Shown one piece after another: positions 1 to 13,223 of a stretch of DNA of 64,000 bases. Every line of letters starts with the position of its first letter. The first letter of the stretch is position 1. The stretch is from Bispira polyomma (lineage: Eukaryota). The position numbers and the translations under genes are program-made. The stretch covers positions 31,868,001 to 31,932,000 of the forward strand of contig OZ287750.1 of assembly GCA_965649765.1 (NCBI GenBank), read 5' to 3'. Below the pieces are notes generated by a model that was given only the letters and a program-made list of their open reading frames with translations, made no database searches and was not told where the DNA came from.

Positions 1-858
1 AAGACGATAATTAATACAGTACGAGGTGTTTTAGCTTCTTTGGTCATATATTTGTTTAATACACACAGCAAGGGTTGTTTTACATTCATTATGCACTCAT
101 AAAATATAATTATCATGCTTATAAAGGTCAAAATATAATACAAAGCAGTCAGAAAAGCCCCAAAATATTGAAAATTCACTGCAAATTATATAATAAAACC
201 AAAAGGTACTGACTTGTCACATCAAAGAACTAGCTTCAAATACCAAACTTATAGGGCACTAAAAATAGAGTTTTGTATGCAATAACACCGCATAATGCTT
301 AAATTTTATATAAGTAAGAGTTTTAAACAGTTTAGGGATTGAATTGGTTTACTATGACCATATTAAAACAACCTAAAACTTGCTATAGTTTTGTTTACGT
401 TTTAAAACCTTCAATTATGACGTCACAATGCAAATCTGAAAGCCAAGAAGTTCAGAGTTGTTACCATAAAGAATTAACTTCAAACATGCACAAATAAATG
501 CACTAAAAATCGAGTTAAAGATATTATTATGTTGTTTACTGTCCATATTTTATGTTACTCACAGTTTTTAACAACTTTCTGTCTGAAATATAACGTAAAA
601 TTAAGACTAAAACCTTGGACAATCTAGTAAATAGTACAGTTTTTATATCCTTTTTCACGGGCGCTGGGTGATACTGCTCATTGTATCACCCGGTCCGTAT
701 CAGTCACGAAAACATTATACTTACGTCACAGTGGATAACAAATAAATATACTGTTTTAACACTTTCAACATGTTAAAACATATTACAAGAGCCACTTGTT
801 ATATATAACACTGCACCTCTGCGGCTGCTTTGTGGAAGTAGTGACTTTTTAGACTTAC

Positions 859-1436
859 CTGTAAAGAAATTCCCGGTGCCAGGACAGAAAGGCAGGTCCG
901 TCATGAGCTCCTGGAGATTCGGATTTTCTATGGAAATCTGCAAAGACTCGAAGCCGGCTCTTCTGTTCACCAGATTGTTGCACAGCAAGATTATTGAAGT
1001 GTGTGATAAATGATTGTCTCATCTTACTACTCATGCTTCGCCATTCTTTACGCACTCTACCATTATGAGGCATACGCTTGACCCTGGTCACCAGTGACCG
1101 CTTGTCGATTCCGGGTAGGTCTCTACATTTACAGAATCGTTTCAGGTTTGTGGTTTGGAGCTTTGTACCAACAGGCACATGTAATGTCAGGGATGTCCAG
1201 ACGGAATACTGATCAATCGCAAGAGTAGTTTTCTTCTTTAAAGATGGTCTTGGATTCTGCCATGTATCCAGTAACTTCTTAGTTATCGCCTCTGGAGGAA
1301 GTAAGGGCTTGTAGGGCTTATGTGTGGTTGCGGGAGGCTTGTAGATATCAGGTGTGGTTGTTGTGGGAGGCTTGTAGATTGCAAGGTGGAGGTTGAAGCA
1401 GACGACCAAAGATGTGAGACAAAGTAGTGTCTTCAT
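859..1436 (-). CDS. Secreted tyrosinase / type-3 copper protein, coding exon 1 (gene continues left of the window)
   Basis: Signal peptide MKTLLCLTSLVVCFNLHLA; tyrosinase N-terminal motif RVRKEWRSMS; CuA site FH-RKSESPGA-H-DGPAFLSW-H-REFL (H169, H178, H187); frame ends at a phase-2 donor AG|GTAAGT (GT at 858-857). The ORF-track stop lies in the intron. Confidence 0.93.
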
Positions 1437-1476
1437 GGCTCCTGTTGCACAATACTCAAGACAGACTGAAACATCC

Positions 1477-1486
1477 CTTTATATAA
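1477..1486 (-). promoter_or_regulatory. Probable TATA box of the tyrosinase gene
   Basis: TATATAAAG on the minus strand about 45 bp upstream of the ATG at 1436. Confidence 0.6.
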
Positions 1487-2224
1487 CATTACTTCACAAA
1501 TAATTAGAGGGTGTGATGCACTTAAATAATCATAACGGATGACCTTTTGGGGTTTTTTAAGTTATTTTATCTGTTCTCTTGAAAATGTTGATTAAATTTT
1601 TTTTTATTACTTTAAACAGATTTTAAAACTCTTTTGTTTGTGCTGTTTAAAAACGTTTTGATATAGTTAAATATGGGAAAAAGCTAAAAAATATATATAG
1701 GGAAATAGTACAGTAGTGTAACTAAAAAGCTAAGAATATGCTTCCAGGAAAGTTTTAAGAAGTTTAGGTCACATCAATTTAAAGCTGCATACCATAAAAT
1801 CTCTTATTGTTGATTATCTATTCCCTTGTGACTTTTGTGCAACATTTCCTTTTGTACATTATTTAAGCAGCTTTTACATTCTATGTATTATTTTTGACAT
1901 GTTTAAATACTGCATTATTTTGGCTCATCGGCAAAAGAACTGCCAGGAAGTTTTATTTGTTACATGAGAAATACGAATAACTTACATCAAAAGCTACAGA
2001 TTGAGGACTGTACTGTCATCATAAAAATTAACAGGCCACCCTTCACAACAGTGGTATCTAAGCCGCTCTTCCGTGTAAGCTACTCCACTACTACCTGCTG
2101 ATATTGATTAGGCTATTAATATATGAAAAGGTTGTGTTTATTTCTAAAACTTCATGTATTAAACTGCTGACCAATGATAAACAAGTAACTTTCTACCATA
2201 GAATCCAGAATTTGTACTTATTGT

Positions 2225-2872
2225 TTCCAAACTTGGGAGTCACCTTTGACTCTGATTTTGCCTTCTAAACCTGTTTCAAACAGTTGTCTCTCCTGTTAAT
2301 GTGACATTCGTAACTTTTGTAGGGTTTGTTCGACACCTTACCTTGGAAAAGGCTATTACAGTTCCAAATGCCCGGGTAGCAAGTCGACTCAATTACTGCA
2401 GGGCACTATTGTATGGCATTGGACAGAGGCAAATAAACAAGCTACATAAAATTCAAAACAACCTCTGTAGAATTGTGTGCCATGCTCATCCACATTCGCA
2501 CACAGCTCCTTTGTTCAAACAACTGCACTGGCTATCAATTGAACCAAGCTACTTATCATATATGTTACCTCTCAGCAGTCTCGCCAGAGCAAATCGTCTT
2601 TGCACCTCTGACTTCTTACCTTTAAAACTAGCTAAAAAGTGTAAAATGATTTAAAGTAGCAACAACTGCTGAATGGAATAGTCTCCCTGCCAGTCTGCGT
2701 ACTGACAAGGATTACAGGATTCTCTATTGATTCGTTTGTCTTCTAGTTATGAGCCAACTGATCACAAACATTTTCCTCCTAATGTATTATTATTTGGATC
2801 AGGATGTTGCACCACCCACAGAGGATGTCGGCACATAGATTGTGGCACTAAAAAAGTGAAATATTAACATTG
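2225..2872 (+). mobile_element. L2/CR1-group LINE, 5'-truncated decayed 3' fragment
   Basis: RT C-terminal motifs (NLGVTFDS; ASRLNYC..LLYG..KLHKIQN..LFKQLHWL); 3' end (CCACAGAGGAT..GATTGTGGC..TTAACATT) shared with the copy at 7450-8530. Confidence 0.85.
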
Positions 2873-2896
2873 GAAAAGGGTTCAATTGTGTTTTAA

Positions 2897-3774
2897 GGCT
2901 TTAGTAACGTAAACACAAAAGACGATCGCCGATAACCATGTTATGTGTACTTGAGCTTCTCAGAAACTGCATAACTTTTTCTTTGTGGCCTTAAACTCGA
3001 TTTATGGATAACATATTAACATGTTCATGAGTAGAAATAATAAAGTATGACATCTATTTTAATTATATACTAATTCATATATGTTATGTGTCATTTTAAT
3101 ACATATTTTGAGACATACAATGCATATAGTAGTGTGTAAAATTGTAACTAAAATGGGTAATATTTTCAAAGTACATGCTTCACAAACGTGACACAATTCA
3201 TATACCAAGAAGGGATCAATACTGAAGTATTGTACATGACGAGAAAAAAGAAAACATCAGCAACATTTTGAATGAATTCCTTTTTTAATAAAAGCACAAA
3301 AACGGGGATAATTTTAGTAAAACTGCAAAGTTACACTCTTCTAAATAGAAAGATACTTTGTATTCTTCGTTTATATAACATAAGGAGACATATTTAAAAA
3401 TGTAATTCATTCAAAACAATATACATGTTTTATGAAATTGTGTAGCATATATCTTGTACTGATATATGCTGGATCAATACTCGTATTATGTCACAATAGA
3501 AAGGACTCTCTCCAAGACTTGTTTACAAATATGACGTTCTACATAGATTTTCAAATTGTGTGACGTCACAACACAGGGATGGCTATATGGGTGTTTTTAT
3601 AGTTTTGTAGCATATTATTAACCTTTTGAATTGTCTGGACACATAAAAATGGTTAAAAACCTTACTAAAGTGTACTTTTAAAGTCCTCATAGTTGATATA
3701 CAGAGTAGAAATGGCTCTCGTAAAAATAGCATGCTTTATTCCCGGCCCGTTTATGTGTTTACGTTACTAAAACC
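2897..3774. mobile_element. Non-autonomous Kolobok-like DNA transposon
   Basis: TIRs GGCTTTAGTAACGTAAACACA / TGTGTTTACGTTACTAAAACC flanked by TTAA on both sides (2893-2896, 3775-3778); purine-purine terminus plus TTAA TSD fits Kolobok. Confidence 0.75.
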
Positions 3775-4760
3775 TTAACTGGCCCTAACAGTAGGTGTAT
3801 GTACAAAAAAAGAGTGTTCCACAATAAAGTATTTTAAAGGTATCAAGCCAAATGAGTGTATTCCTTATTCGGACCACATTTTACTTAGCTATTTTAAGAA
3901 ATATAAATTCACTGAAAAGAGTATAGATCCAATATAAAAAATTGTAACTTTAAATAAACACAATTGCATCTTCGCAGAAATTATATTTAATTTCTAAAAT
4001 GTCTTTCTTGAAAATTGAAGTAATATGTGTCTAGTTCATCTGCGTCGCTTATATATATTTATAGTTCCATTACGGTCAAAAGCACTCAAAATAAAAGGAA
4101 CAGCTGTTTAAAATAATGGCTCATAATAGACCAAAAATAGCGTGTAATGAAATGCTAATGTTCCAATATGAAATTGAATGGGAAACTATTTTAATCATAA
4201 CTGTAGCTTTTCTTGCACCAAATGCTATATTTTTGGCCATTACTTGTCCATTGAATTCCTGTATGTTTTTCATCTATTTCATTAACTTTATTACTGTCAG
4301 AAATGTCATTCTTTATGTGAATCACAATGCTCAAAAGCAATCATATACCTTGTATTGTTTATAGAACAATAAGTACTGATTGTTTTTCAGTTTCTTTATT
4401 TTGTGTGTAGTCAAAGACTTCTTTGAAAATAGTAAGGAAGAACATGCTAAAAAATATGGTGCACAAAGTATGTTATTTGCAGAACTTAATCTATTTTTGT
4501 AAATGTGATATTTCCTGTTGTACTGTTGTTTTATTGCTATTTATAGAGAATTGTTTAGAAATAACTTACATGAAAAGAGTTTGCGATAAACAACTTCTAT
4601 GAAAAGCACCATACAGATCTAAAAAAAAAATACAGCTGCTTCGACAAGATAAACAAAGTCACAAAATATGGTGAAATATAATCTAATAAGTAGCATAACC
4701 ATAGGTGGCCTTAAATTCAAGAGTTTGAGTATTTACTTTAAACATAATATAAACACAATC

Positions 4761-5385
4761 TATATCAGCCTAAATTCAGGAATATTTATAAACAAAGATA
4801 AAAACACAAGATGTGGATTGAAATGGCCAGTTTATTCAACTGACAAAAATGTATATATTAAACCAAGCATACAACATCTTTAAGATTTGATTACATCACA
4901 CAAGTGATTTATATATACATTATTTATTTACATATATTCCTGAATTTAGGCTGATATAAAGAATGATTATATCAAATATATAATCACATTTATATCGCCA
5001 AAGAAAGGCTAACTTTGTATGTGACGCATAGTCTTCACTGATATTTACCAGATGTAGTTGAACTGTTGAAAAACCTGTGTGTGTGTAATCAGTTGAAGCT
5101 TTGCTCTTCACTGACACAGATATATATTATTATATTGTTCTTCCCTTTTATAAATTAATACTAGTGGAAAAAGTAACCCACCTCCACCCCAGTCTCCACT
5201 CTCAAATCTGTATATATACATGGTACTTTTCTGTATTACCGTTTCTGTATGTTTGTTTTGTAAATCATACTTTTTAATATTGGTGGGTTTGTGTCCCTCA
5301 CCACATTTATGTAAATAAATAATGTATATATAAGTCACTTGTGTGGTGTAATCAAATATTAAAGATGTTGTATGCTTGGTTTAAT
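4761..5385. repeat. Overlapping inverted repeats
   Basis: 4857-4934 is inverted at 5308-5385; 4761-4796 is inverted at 4923-4957. Confidence 0.75.
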
Positions 5386-6230
5386 ACAATATAATCTAAA
5401 AATGGTCCATGTGCCGTGGCTCTGGTTAACTTAGAGAGCAACATTATTAAAGGCCAAAGTTACCCCCAGAACGCCTGAAATCATGAAATGTAATGGGGGA
5501 AGTGTTGTGAGAATAATGTACAAATTCCATCTTACTCTGGAGTCTGTGAGTTGAACCCATTTGGTATTCTGCTTGTACTGGAATATAGTGGATCATTTTT
5601 TAATCCAGGCGTAATTGCCAGCATGTTTCTAACTTCTGCCACTGAGCAAATGGGGGAGCGAGAAAGAGAGAGAATTTGGACTATTCTGATAGTATCCCTG
5701 ATCTCTCAGTTTACGACCACTTAATGATTAGGTTAATAATTAGTAATGGATGTGTTATCCAACCTTATAAGCTGCAAGTAACTATAAAAATGAGAGTATC
5801 ACCAGTGGGGATATCTAGTTAAATGTAATTTTGACAAAAAAACAATAGGAGACATATATTTTAAACATGGATTTGTAAGCTTGCTGTATTGTGGGTCTGA
5901 AAGCTTGTTTTGTTCTATGTGCAGCCTGTCTTGCCAATTTGGTCACAAAGGCTGGGAAACCTGAAATACAATATATATTCCAGTCAATATTCAGAAATTG
6001 ATCTGAGTCTTTTACCCAGTGTGGGTCTTGTACAAGCTATGTCAATTTGAGGTGATTATTTGGGGTCATATGCCACCTTGACAAAAGGTCTGCTGTCAGA
6101 TTTAGTTTACTATGGACTGTTCTGAGGATAATGTCAGCCATGGCTATCTCCATCCGTATATTCCAGGAAACTGCAAGTAATTTTGTCTAAACTTGATATA
6201 GTTAACAACTGCGTGGTTGTCACAATGGAC

Positions 6231-7259
6231 GATGTAGTGCCATATTTTGCATTCCCCATAAATGCATCAGGGGTGTAAAATATGGCAAGGAATTTGCCAT
6301 ATTATGCACCCCCTGCCATATTTTACACCTACCTTGACATATTTTACACCCCCTCCAAAGTGTTGACACTAGAAATGTATTTTTATTCTCCATTCTAACC
6401 TTTTATATTTTGTGTTCTAAATTTTTATACTTACTAATCTGTATTTTTTTTCGTTATAACTAATTATATATATATTGAGTCAGTGAGTAAGGTATTATTA
6501 ATCAATGCTTTGAGATATCTAACTTTAAAGTGATTGGGAATTCAATGAGTCTATTATTAATTGGATAATAGATCTATGATTAATTAGAGCTTTTATTATG
6601 TGTGATTTGGCTTCTTGGTTGCAACTTTACTGGGAAAGTTATCAATTAATGAGAGCTTGAACATATGACTTTGCAATATTATGTTCTATGAAGACCTCAA
6701 CTACAACAAACAAGATTCTGTTAATGAGATTAAACAGGGTTGGCCTTGCCGTATTGAGGCAGGCCACATGAGTATGTTTCCAGTCACAGAAAAAAACAAA
6801 GATAGCCTATTGTTCGAAATGACATTTAAACTACAGATTATGTGTGATAATGTGGTGAAAATGTGATTTAAGTATGTGATCTTCTTGTTAAAAATATACA
6901 GTAAATTAGCTACTTCATACTGTATTATCAAAGTGAAATAATATTGTAAATATCACATTTTATACTGTATTATCCAAGTTGAATAATATTGTAAAAATCA
7001 CATTTCATAAACATGGATGAAGTGAAAAACAATGGCCTAAACTTAATTGCAATTCCTCAAGAAAGAATAGAAATCACTGATTAGAACATCATATGAGGAG
7101 TGCACTTTAATGATGGGGGTGTATAATATGGCAGCCATATTTTCCCCCCTTTAATCCCCATTGTAAGGGTTGTAAAATATGGCAGCCATATAATGCACCC
7201 CTAAAAGATCAAAGAGGGGGTGTAAAATATGCCAGACATGCAAAATTTGGCGTTACATC
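6231..7259. mobile_element. Foldback-type non-autonomous DNA element, superfamily unassigned
   Basis: TIRs GATGTAGTGCCATATTTTGCA / TGCAAAATTTGGCGTTACATC, with subterminal CCATATTTTACACCCC motifs in both orientations; no clear TSD. Confidence 0.7.
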
Positions 7260-7449
7260 AGCTATCGCAGACTGGTCAGGATTATCAGAACCAGATGTTG
7301 ACAATGTTTGGTCCACCACACTCTCTCTTTGGCACGAATCTCCTACTGATCATCAATGATCCTTCTTGCACTTCGAGCGAAGCTCCCGATGCTTGCTTCT
7401 AGTATTATGTTGTTTGGGTCCCATATTATCAGTAAAATTCCATGATTGT

Positions 7450-8530
7450 TACAGTATAATGTTAATGTTTTTACTTCTATAGCGCCACAATCGATGACCA
7501 GGTATCCTCTGTGGCGCATATCCTAGTAAGTGTGCAAGAGCATAGTCCGGTAGACGGAAAAGGTTGGTGATCGGAGATTCAGTCGTGACCATTAGATGGC
7601 ATGCTAAGGTGCAAAAAGCAAGCTGATACAAGTGTGTTTTGAGCCTTTTTCTGAAACCCATGATGCTTGTCTCAGTCCGAAGACTGGTATGGAGGCTATT
7701 CCACTCAGCAGGTGCTGCAACTAAGAATGATTTTGAACCAGCTTGTTTTTTGGAAGGAAACCAGAGGTGGAGAGACGATTGCCTCTGGTGAGATTGCTGA
7801 AAGACAACATATATGATAAGTAGGCAGGTTGATGTACATAGACTGTCTTAAAAATGAGGACAATTTCCTTGAATTTAATGCAAAACCAATGTAATTGTTT
7901 CAGCAGGGGAGTAGTGTGAGTGTGAGGGCCAGCATGGCTTACTATTCTGCACAGGTTATTTTGTATTTTCTGTAGTTTGTTTATTTGGCCCTTTCCAATT
8001 ACATATAGTAGTGAGTTACAGTAATCTAGTCGACTTGATACCAGGGCATTTGCCACTGCAATAGCATTTTCTTGGGTTAAATGTCATCGAATCCTGCGAA
8101 AGCCACGGATGTTGCCGTAGCAGGAACAACAGATAATCGAGACATGTTTTTTGAAGGAGAACTCAGAGTCAAAATTAACTTCTAGGTTCTTCGCACTGTC
8201 AGCAGGAACAGTGCTGTTACCAAGGAGAGTAGCAGGGAAGAAGTCAAGAACCTTTTCCCTCTGATGTTTAGAGCCAATAAGTAGGAATTCTGTTTTGTCA
8301 GGGTTGAGTTTCAATTTTGAATTATTCATCCAAGATTCAATCGAAGACAGGCAGCTAGAAAGCTGTTCCATGATCTAAGAACAATTTTTGGGAGTGAGGG
8401 AGCAGTAGATCTGTGTGTTATCTGCATAGAAGTGGTGTAATATTGTGGTGTAAGGATATAATACTTGCGAGGGGAGTGTACAGTGAGAACAGAAGGGGCC
8501 CTAGAACAGAACCTTGAGGAACACCAAAAA
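7450..8530 (-). mobile_element. L2/CR1-group LINE, decayed RT and 3' end
   Basis: GVPQGSVLGPLLF, HFYADNTQIY, WMNNSKLKLNPDKTEFL, LVSSRLDYCNSLLY, HTTPLLKQLHW, FRKRLKTHLY across frameshifted ORFs. Confidence 0.93.
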
Positions 8531-10528
8531 GAGATGACTCAGCTCCGTTGACCCTGATGATTTGATCACGGCATTCGAGATAGCATTCAATATAATGTCC
8601 AGCTTTTTAACAACAACGTACACCTGCACTCACTAAGAAATATGTAAATGTAAACATCTTTTTAAAATAAGTTGTAGTTTAAAATATTCCTGTGTTGTAA
8701 AGTTAAGATGGCTGCCAAAATTAGTGTAGTGAAATTTTCCCTTGTTGCTGCTCCAAACATTTTTTTTTAGAATGACTTTGGAGTGAGTGACAACTTTGAC
8801 ACCTTTTTTGAATACATGTGTAGTTTATCAGAAATTTCAGTCTGATTTGTTTGATATTTCACTAGTACAGTGTGCCCAACATTTAAAGTTTTATATACCT
8901 GTTTACTTAGCACTGAGTGATAACTGGGGGGGCTTATTGTCAAAGTTATTTACTGTGTTAAGAAGTTTTGCTTGGGATTTGTTTTTGAATCTTGCCCAAT
9001 ATTTCCTCCAGTTTCCACTGACATTCATGTTTGTGACTTTATTGTGCACCATTCTAACGCCACCTACATTTTTCTTTACATATTTACATTGATTGTGAGT
9101 AACTGAAATATCCTGCTACGAGCTGGGATTCCGGTTTTGTGAATTGTACAGAAAAGATAAAACCTGCCTTCAGAGTTATAGATATTTAAATTTTGCACCA
9201 TCAAAGATCCCTGTCCCTTTTCGTAGAGTGGGGCATTCAATCATTTCGTCACTGATCTGGCTGGTAGGGGTCTGTCTCAAATTCAAAATAAAATTAACCA
9301 CAGAATAGTAACACTAGGTGAACAAAGCTGGTTCTACCTGAATAACTTGGACAGCCTATTATTGTGTAAACGTTTCATTTTTCCTACTTATTGATCAAAT
9401 ATTGCACACTAGTGCTGAACTAAAGTTGGATCACTAGACGCCTGTTATTTGTGCCGTCTAAAAGTTATAACATATACTGATGGGTAATTTCATTTAAAGT
9501 ATACATTCTTCTATTTTACAATGACTGAGTAAAATAAGGTGCAAGATGATATTTAAAAGACAAATTTGGTTTAAATGAAATGCTGGTTAATTTTTTAATT
9601 GTACTCAAATATCTGTGAGCTCAGTCACATTGTAAAGCTGTTTTTGATGTGTGCCTTCATTACCTGTGCCATAAAACCTCATTTTTAGCCACAACTATTT
9701 TTAGTATATTATAGAGGTCACAATAATCTTTAGTAGTTATTACTTTAACGTGCTGTTCACCTTCTATTTATATTTTGCTCATTTTAGATCAAATTAAAAC
9801 AAAAGTTTATACAGTTAAAACAAAGGTTAAAGAATGACTGCCCTTTTCTTTTCTTGGATGGGGGTGGGGGTGGGGGGGGGGGGGTGACTTTAATGTCAAA
9901 GTACAGTATCCTGTGTCTGTAATCAAGTGTTACCCTATTCTTGGAAGGATAATGCTTTCTGAGTAAAACTTATAAGTGAACAACTATAAATAGTTGCAAG
10001 TAGAAGAATAATGTTTGTTTTGTTTTTTTTTTGTAAATAGGGCACAGTGTAATAAAAGCTAATCAAAGTGAGAAAACAATCTTTAACAGTAAAATGCTGA
10101 AGCTTTAAATTAACCATAAATTGTCTCTTCATAAGCTTTTTAAATAGAAATCTTGGACAAAGGAACAAGTGCCTTACGTCAGTATTTGCATTGTTTTATA
10201 ACATACTTTTATTCTCTAGGGGTTTTTTCAAGTGGGGTACATTTAGTCAAACACGATTATGCACATTGTTGTTTTTTTTTACAAATACATGTATATAGAT
10301 CAATTGCATAATATGCATAAATTGCTGGAATTTTACTAAATAATTACATGTACATGTACAAACTACTGCCAAAATTATGTCTTAATGTCGAAATCAAAGA
10401 GAGACATCCTTTTGGGAGCTCGGAATTGGATTTTTTGTAAATTTAAACGGTTGTGTTTTACTTGGCTTTATCTTTCCAAGTTCTCAACTGTATTATCTAC
10501 TGCAAGTCTACACTGTGTGAAAAGAAGA

Positions 10529-10621
10529 GGAGGGGGGGAGTGGGGGGTGGGGGAGTGGTGGGGGAGTGGTGGGGAAGTGGGGGGTGGGGGAGTGGGGGGT
10601 GGGGGAGTGGGGAGTGGGGGA
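10529..10621 (+). repeat. G-rich (GGGG(A)GTG)n low-complexity repeat, G-quadruplex-prone
   Basis: More than 10 runs of 4 or more G separated by short T/AGT linkers. Confidence 0.85.
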
Positions 10622-11141
10622 GCTTAAAATGTGATATTGAAAGTGGACTTAGACCACTATTAATTTTGTTATACGTTATCTTATAACTTTTTGCGCTGTA
10701 CTGAAATCTGGCGAAGTTCTGGTCCTACAAATCATATATCAATCATAGCCTGACATTTCAGTATATATGAAAACAGGTCTGAACTATTGTTGTTTTTTTT
10801 AGATATCTGAAAAAAATATAGAACTAGGTGTTTTCCTGTTAAATCCAAGATTGCCGAAAATTACAGAAAGGCCCTTAAACAAATAGCTTCTAAAGATTTA
10901 TCTCGGTGAATTAGCTTTCGGAATGCATTTGATATTATTAAATAGTCATTATCCATTAATATCTCTTTTAGTGGCAACCCGATCCATTATTTTCGTTTCT
11001 ATCTTAAATATTTTGTAACCAGGAAGCTGGAAATAGTAAAATCACTCCAAGTGGCAAATCCAATCTCCTCACTGCTGAGATACATCAACTGTCACTAGTT
11101 TAACAGTTTGGGCTTTATATGTAGGGTTTAAACCAAAAAGA

Positions 11142-11370
11142 GGCCTCTGTGGTGTAGTTCTAACACGCTTGCCTCGCACTTACTTCTGCAGTCGTGGGTT
11201 TGAACCTTGGCGCTGGTGTGTATGTGGCAAAGTTGACGGTAGACTTACCAAAGGCTGGTGTTTTGTAGAGCAGAAAAGCTTGACCCACTCCTTGTTCTGA
11301 TTTCGTCCACCAGTTAACAGTCGTCAGTAAAATGGCAGAAGACTTGTTGAAAGCATTGTTAAACCCATAC
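11142..11370 (+). mobile_element. tRNA-derived SINE (family also at about 14075-14240, 18755-18970, 29605-29785, 52195-52300; minus-strand relatives at about 16028-16213 and 58960-59110)
   Basis: A-box-like TGGTGTAGTTCT and B-box-like GGTTTGAACC, followed by the shared core TGTGG(C/G)AAAGTT..AAGGCTGGTG.. and tail TTGAAAG..GTTAAACCC. Confidence 0.7.
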
Positions 11371-13223
11371 TATATATCCATTTATTTATGTAGTGATACA
11401 GATAACTCCGGTGTAAAGAGTAAAAATTACCCTCATGTTAAAGTTACCCTCCCCCCCCCCCCCCCACCTGGTAAATTGGACTCGATTTTTATTCCCCCCT
11501 CATGTTTAGATTACCCCCCCCCCCCCACCTCCCCACCCTTTTGTTACTTAGTTTATAGGGGGTTATATCTCTTGTATTATTATTTATTTATTTTTATTTA
11601 TTTCAGTGACAAGTGTCACATCAACATTAATATATTAAGATACAATTTCTTAAAATCCATTTAGTTTTACCATGGTTTTGATTGAAATAAACTGTCTTTA
11701 ACTAATGGAAATATGCTTTAAAAAGAGTAGACATAATGCAACAGACTTCTTCATTTTAGCAAGAAATACAATATTTTGTCAAAGATTGATTTTAAGCTAC
11801 CCCTTCCTCCATACTAACTTCTTAAATTGACATGAAATTGTAATTTTCACTTTAATATAAAGGTTTAGTGTGTATTATGTCCACTCTTATTAAAGCCTGT
11901 ATCCATTACTTGAACATAATCTATTTTAACTGTGATGCTAACAGCAATAGGGCAGGAGGGTAATATAAAATCAGAGGGGTAACTAAAATAAATTTATGTT
12001 ACCCTCTTGGGTAATATAAATTGGCATTATATATGGTTTAAACCACAAAGAGGCCTCAGCGGTGTATTTGATGTAGTTCATTTTAAATTACTGGGGGGTA
12101 ATATAAAATAGGGGTCATTTAAAAATGCTACACTGGCTACAAATTGTATATTTTTAATTTTTATTCCACTTCCGAAGATCAAAATTCTTCTGCATGTAAG
12201 CATTCTAAGCGAAATTTCTGAATCCACCCTTCTACCGAGATCCATGCCAAAAATGTTATCGATTTTTCTCATGACCGATGGTACATCTTTCCACAAAAAT
12301 TCCTATAAATCGGTGCAGTAGTTTTTTTGTGTAATCCTGGTGACAAACCAACCAACGGACACGGCGGATGTAAACATGTCCAGCATAAGTTTGACGTACC
12401 CCTCTTTATGTGCAGACATTAAGAGTGACATATAAAACAAGGAGTGGATGTCTGAAGACGGCTGTAATTTATGTATATTTCCTGGAGGCTAGATATCACC
12501 AAAAATTGACTGAGTGTAGACTTAAAGTCTAAAATTATTCATTGAATATATCTTCTTTATTTCATTTTTTTTTTTTTTTTTTTTTTTTAGAGCTCAATCT
12601 TGACTGAGTATCGCCTTTTAAGAAATATGACAGCCTCATAAATTGTCACCGTTAATAAACATGAATGTAAATATTTGCACAAATTAAATTATAAATAGTT
12701 CTTAAAATCACAGTTAATTGTTAACCGTCGCACAGTAAAGTTTACAGTTTTCATATCAGGATATATATGTATGCATAAATTACATATTACATATTTACTA
12801 CCTTGAAATTACAGTTTCAGCTTAAACATATTTGCTGATGCAATACTTGCCCCCACCCCTCGCCCTTCGCCCCTCCCCATCCCCACACCTCCATTAGCAC
12901 TACCAGCATTTGATATTATGGTGACACATATTAATGCAGTTACCACACTCTTTTGTGCAAAATCAATACTTTGATATTGACCTAAAAAATGCAAAACTAT
13001 AACTGAGCTGATCATATCTGCATCTAAAGATGTGAAAAGCTCGCTTAAAAAAAGCACACACAGATGTTTGTAGACAAGCAATCAATTCTAGCGAGCACCA
13101 TCTGCCAAGTGTACACTGAAAGCTCCACACTCAACACACACACACACACGCATAACCAAACATATAGCCACACATATACACATAGATAGACTTCATTGCA
13201 GTCAATATATTGTTGCTATACAT

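Noticed and set aside
1-760. Crypton-like non-autonomous element end (GGTGATAC..GTATCACC hairpin)
   Set aside because: The hairpin is real, but the element is truncated by the window and the family cannot be supported.
5900-7447. Possible decayed L1/Tx1-like ORF1 and endonuclease remnant on the minus strand (IDIA..VQDPHWVKD; MGPKQHNTRSK)
   Set aside because: Only short motif resemblance across frameshifts; needs TBLASTX/HMM confirmation.
8554-8600. Hammerhead ribozyme core CTGATGA (also at 14545, 15196 and 18537)
   Set aside because: No stem II followed by GAAA and no closing helices could be built.
10385-11664. Gly/Trp-rich and Pro-rich ORFs resembling structural proteins
   Set aside because: They are translations of G-tract and C-tract low-complexity DNA, with no splice or signal-peptide support.
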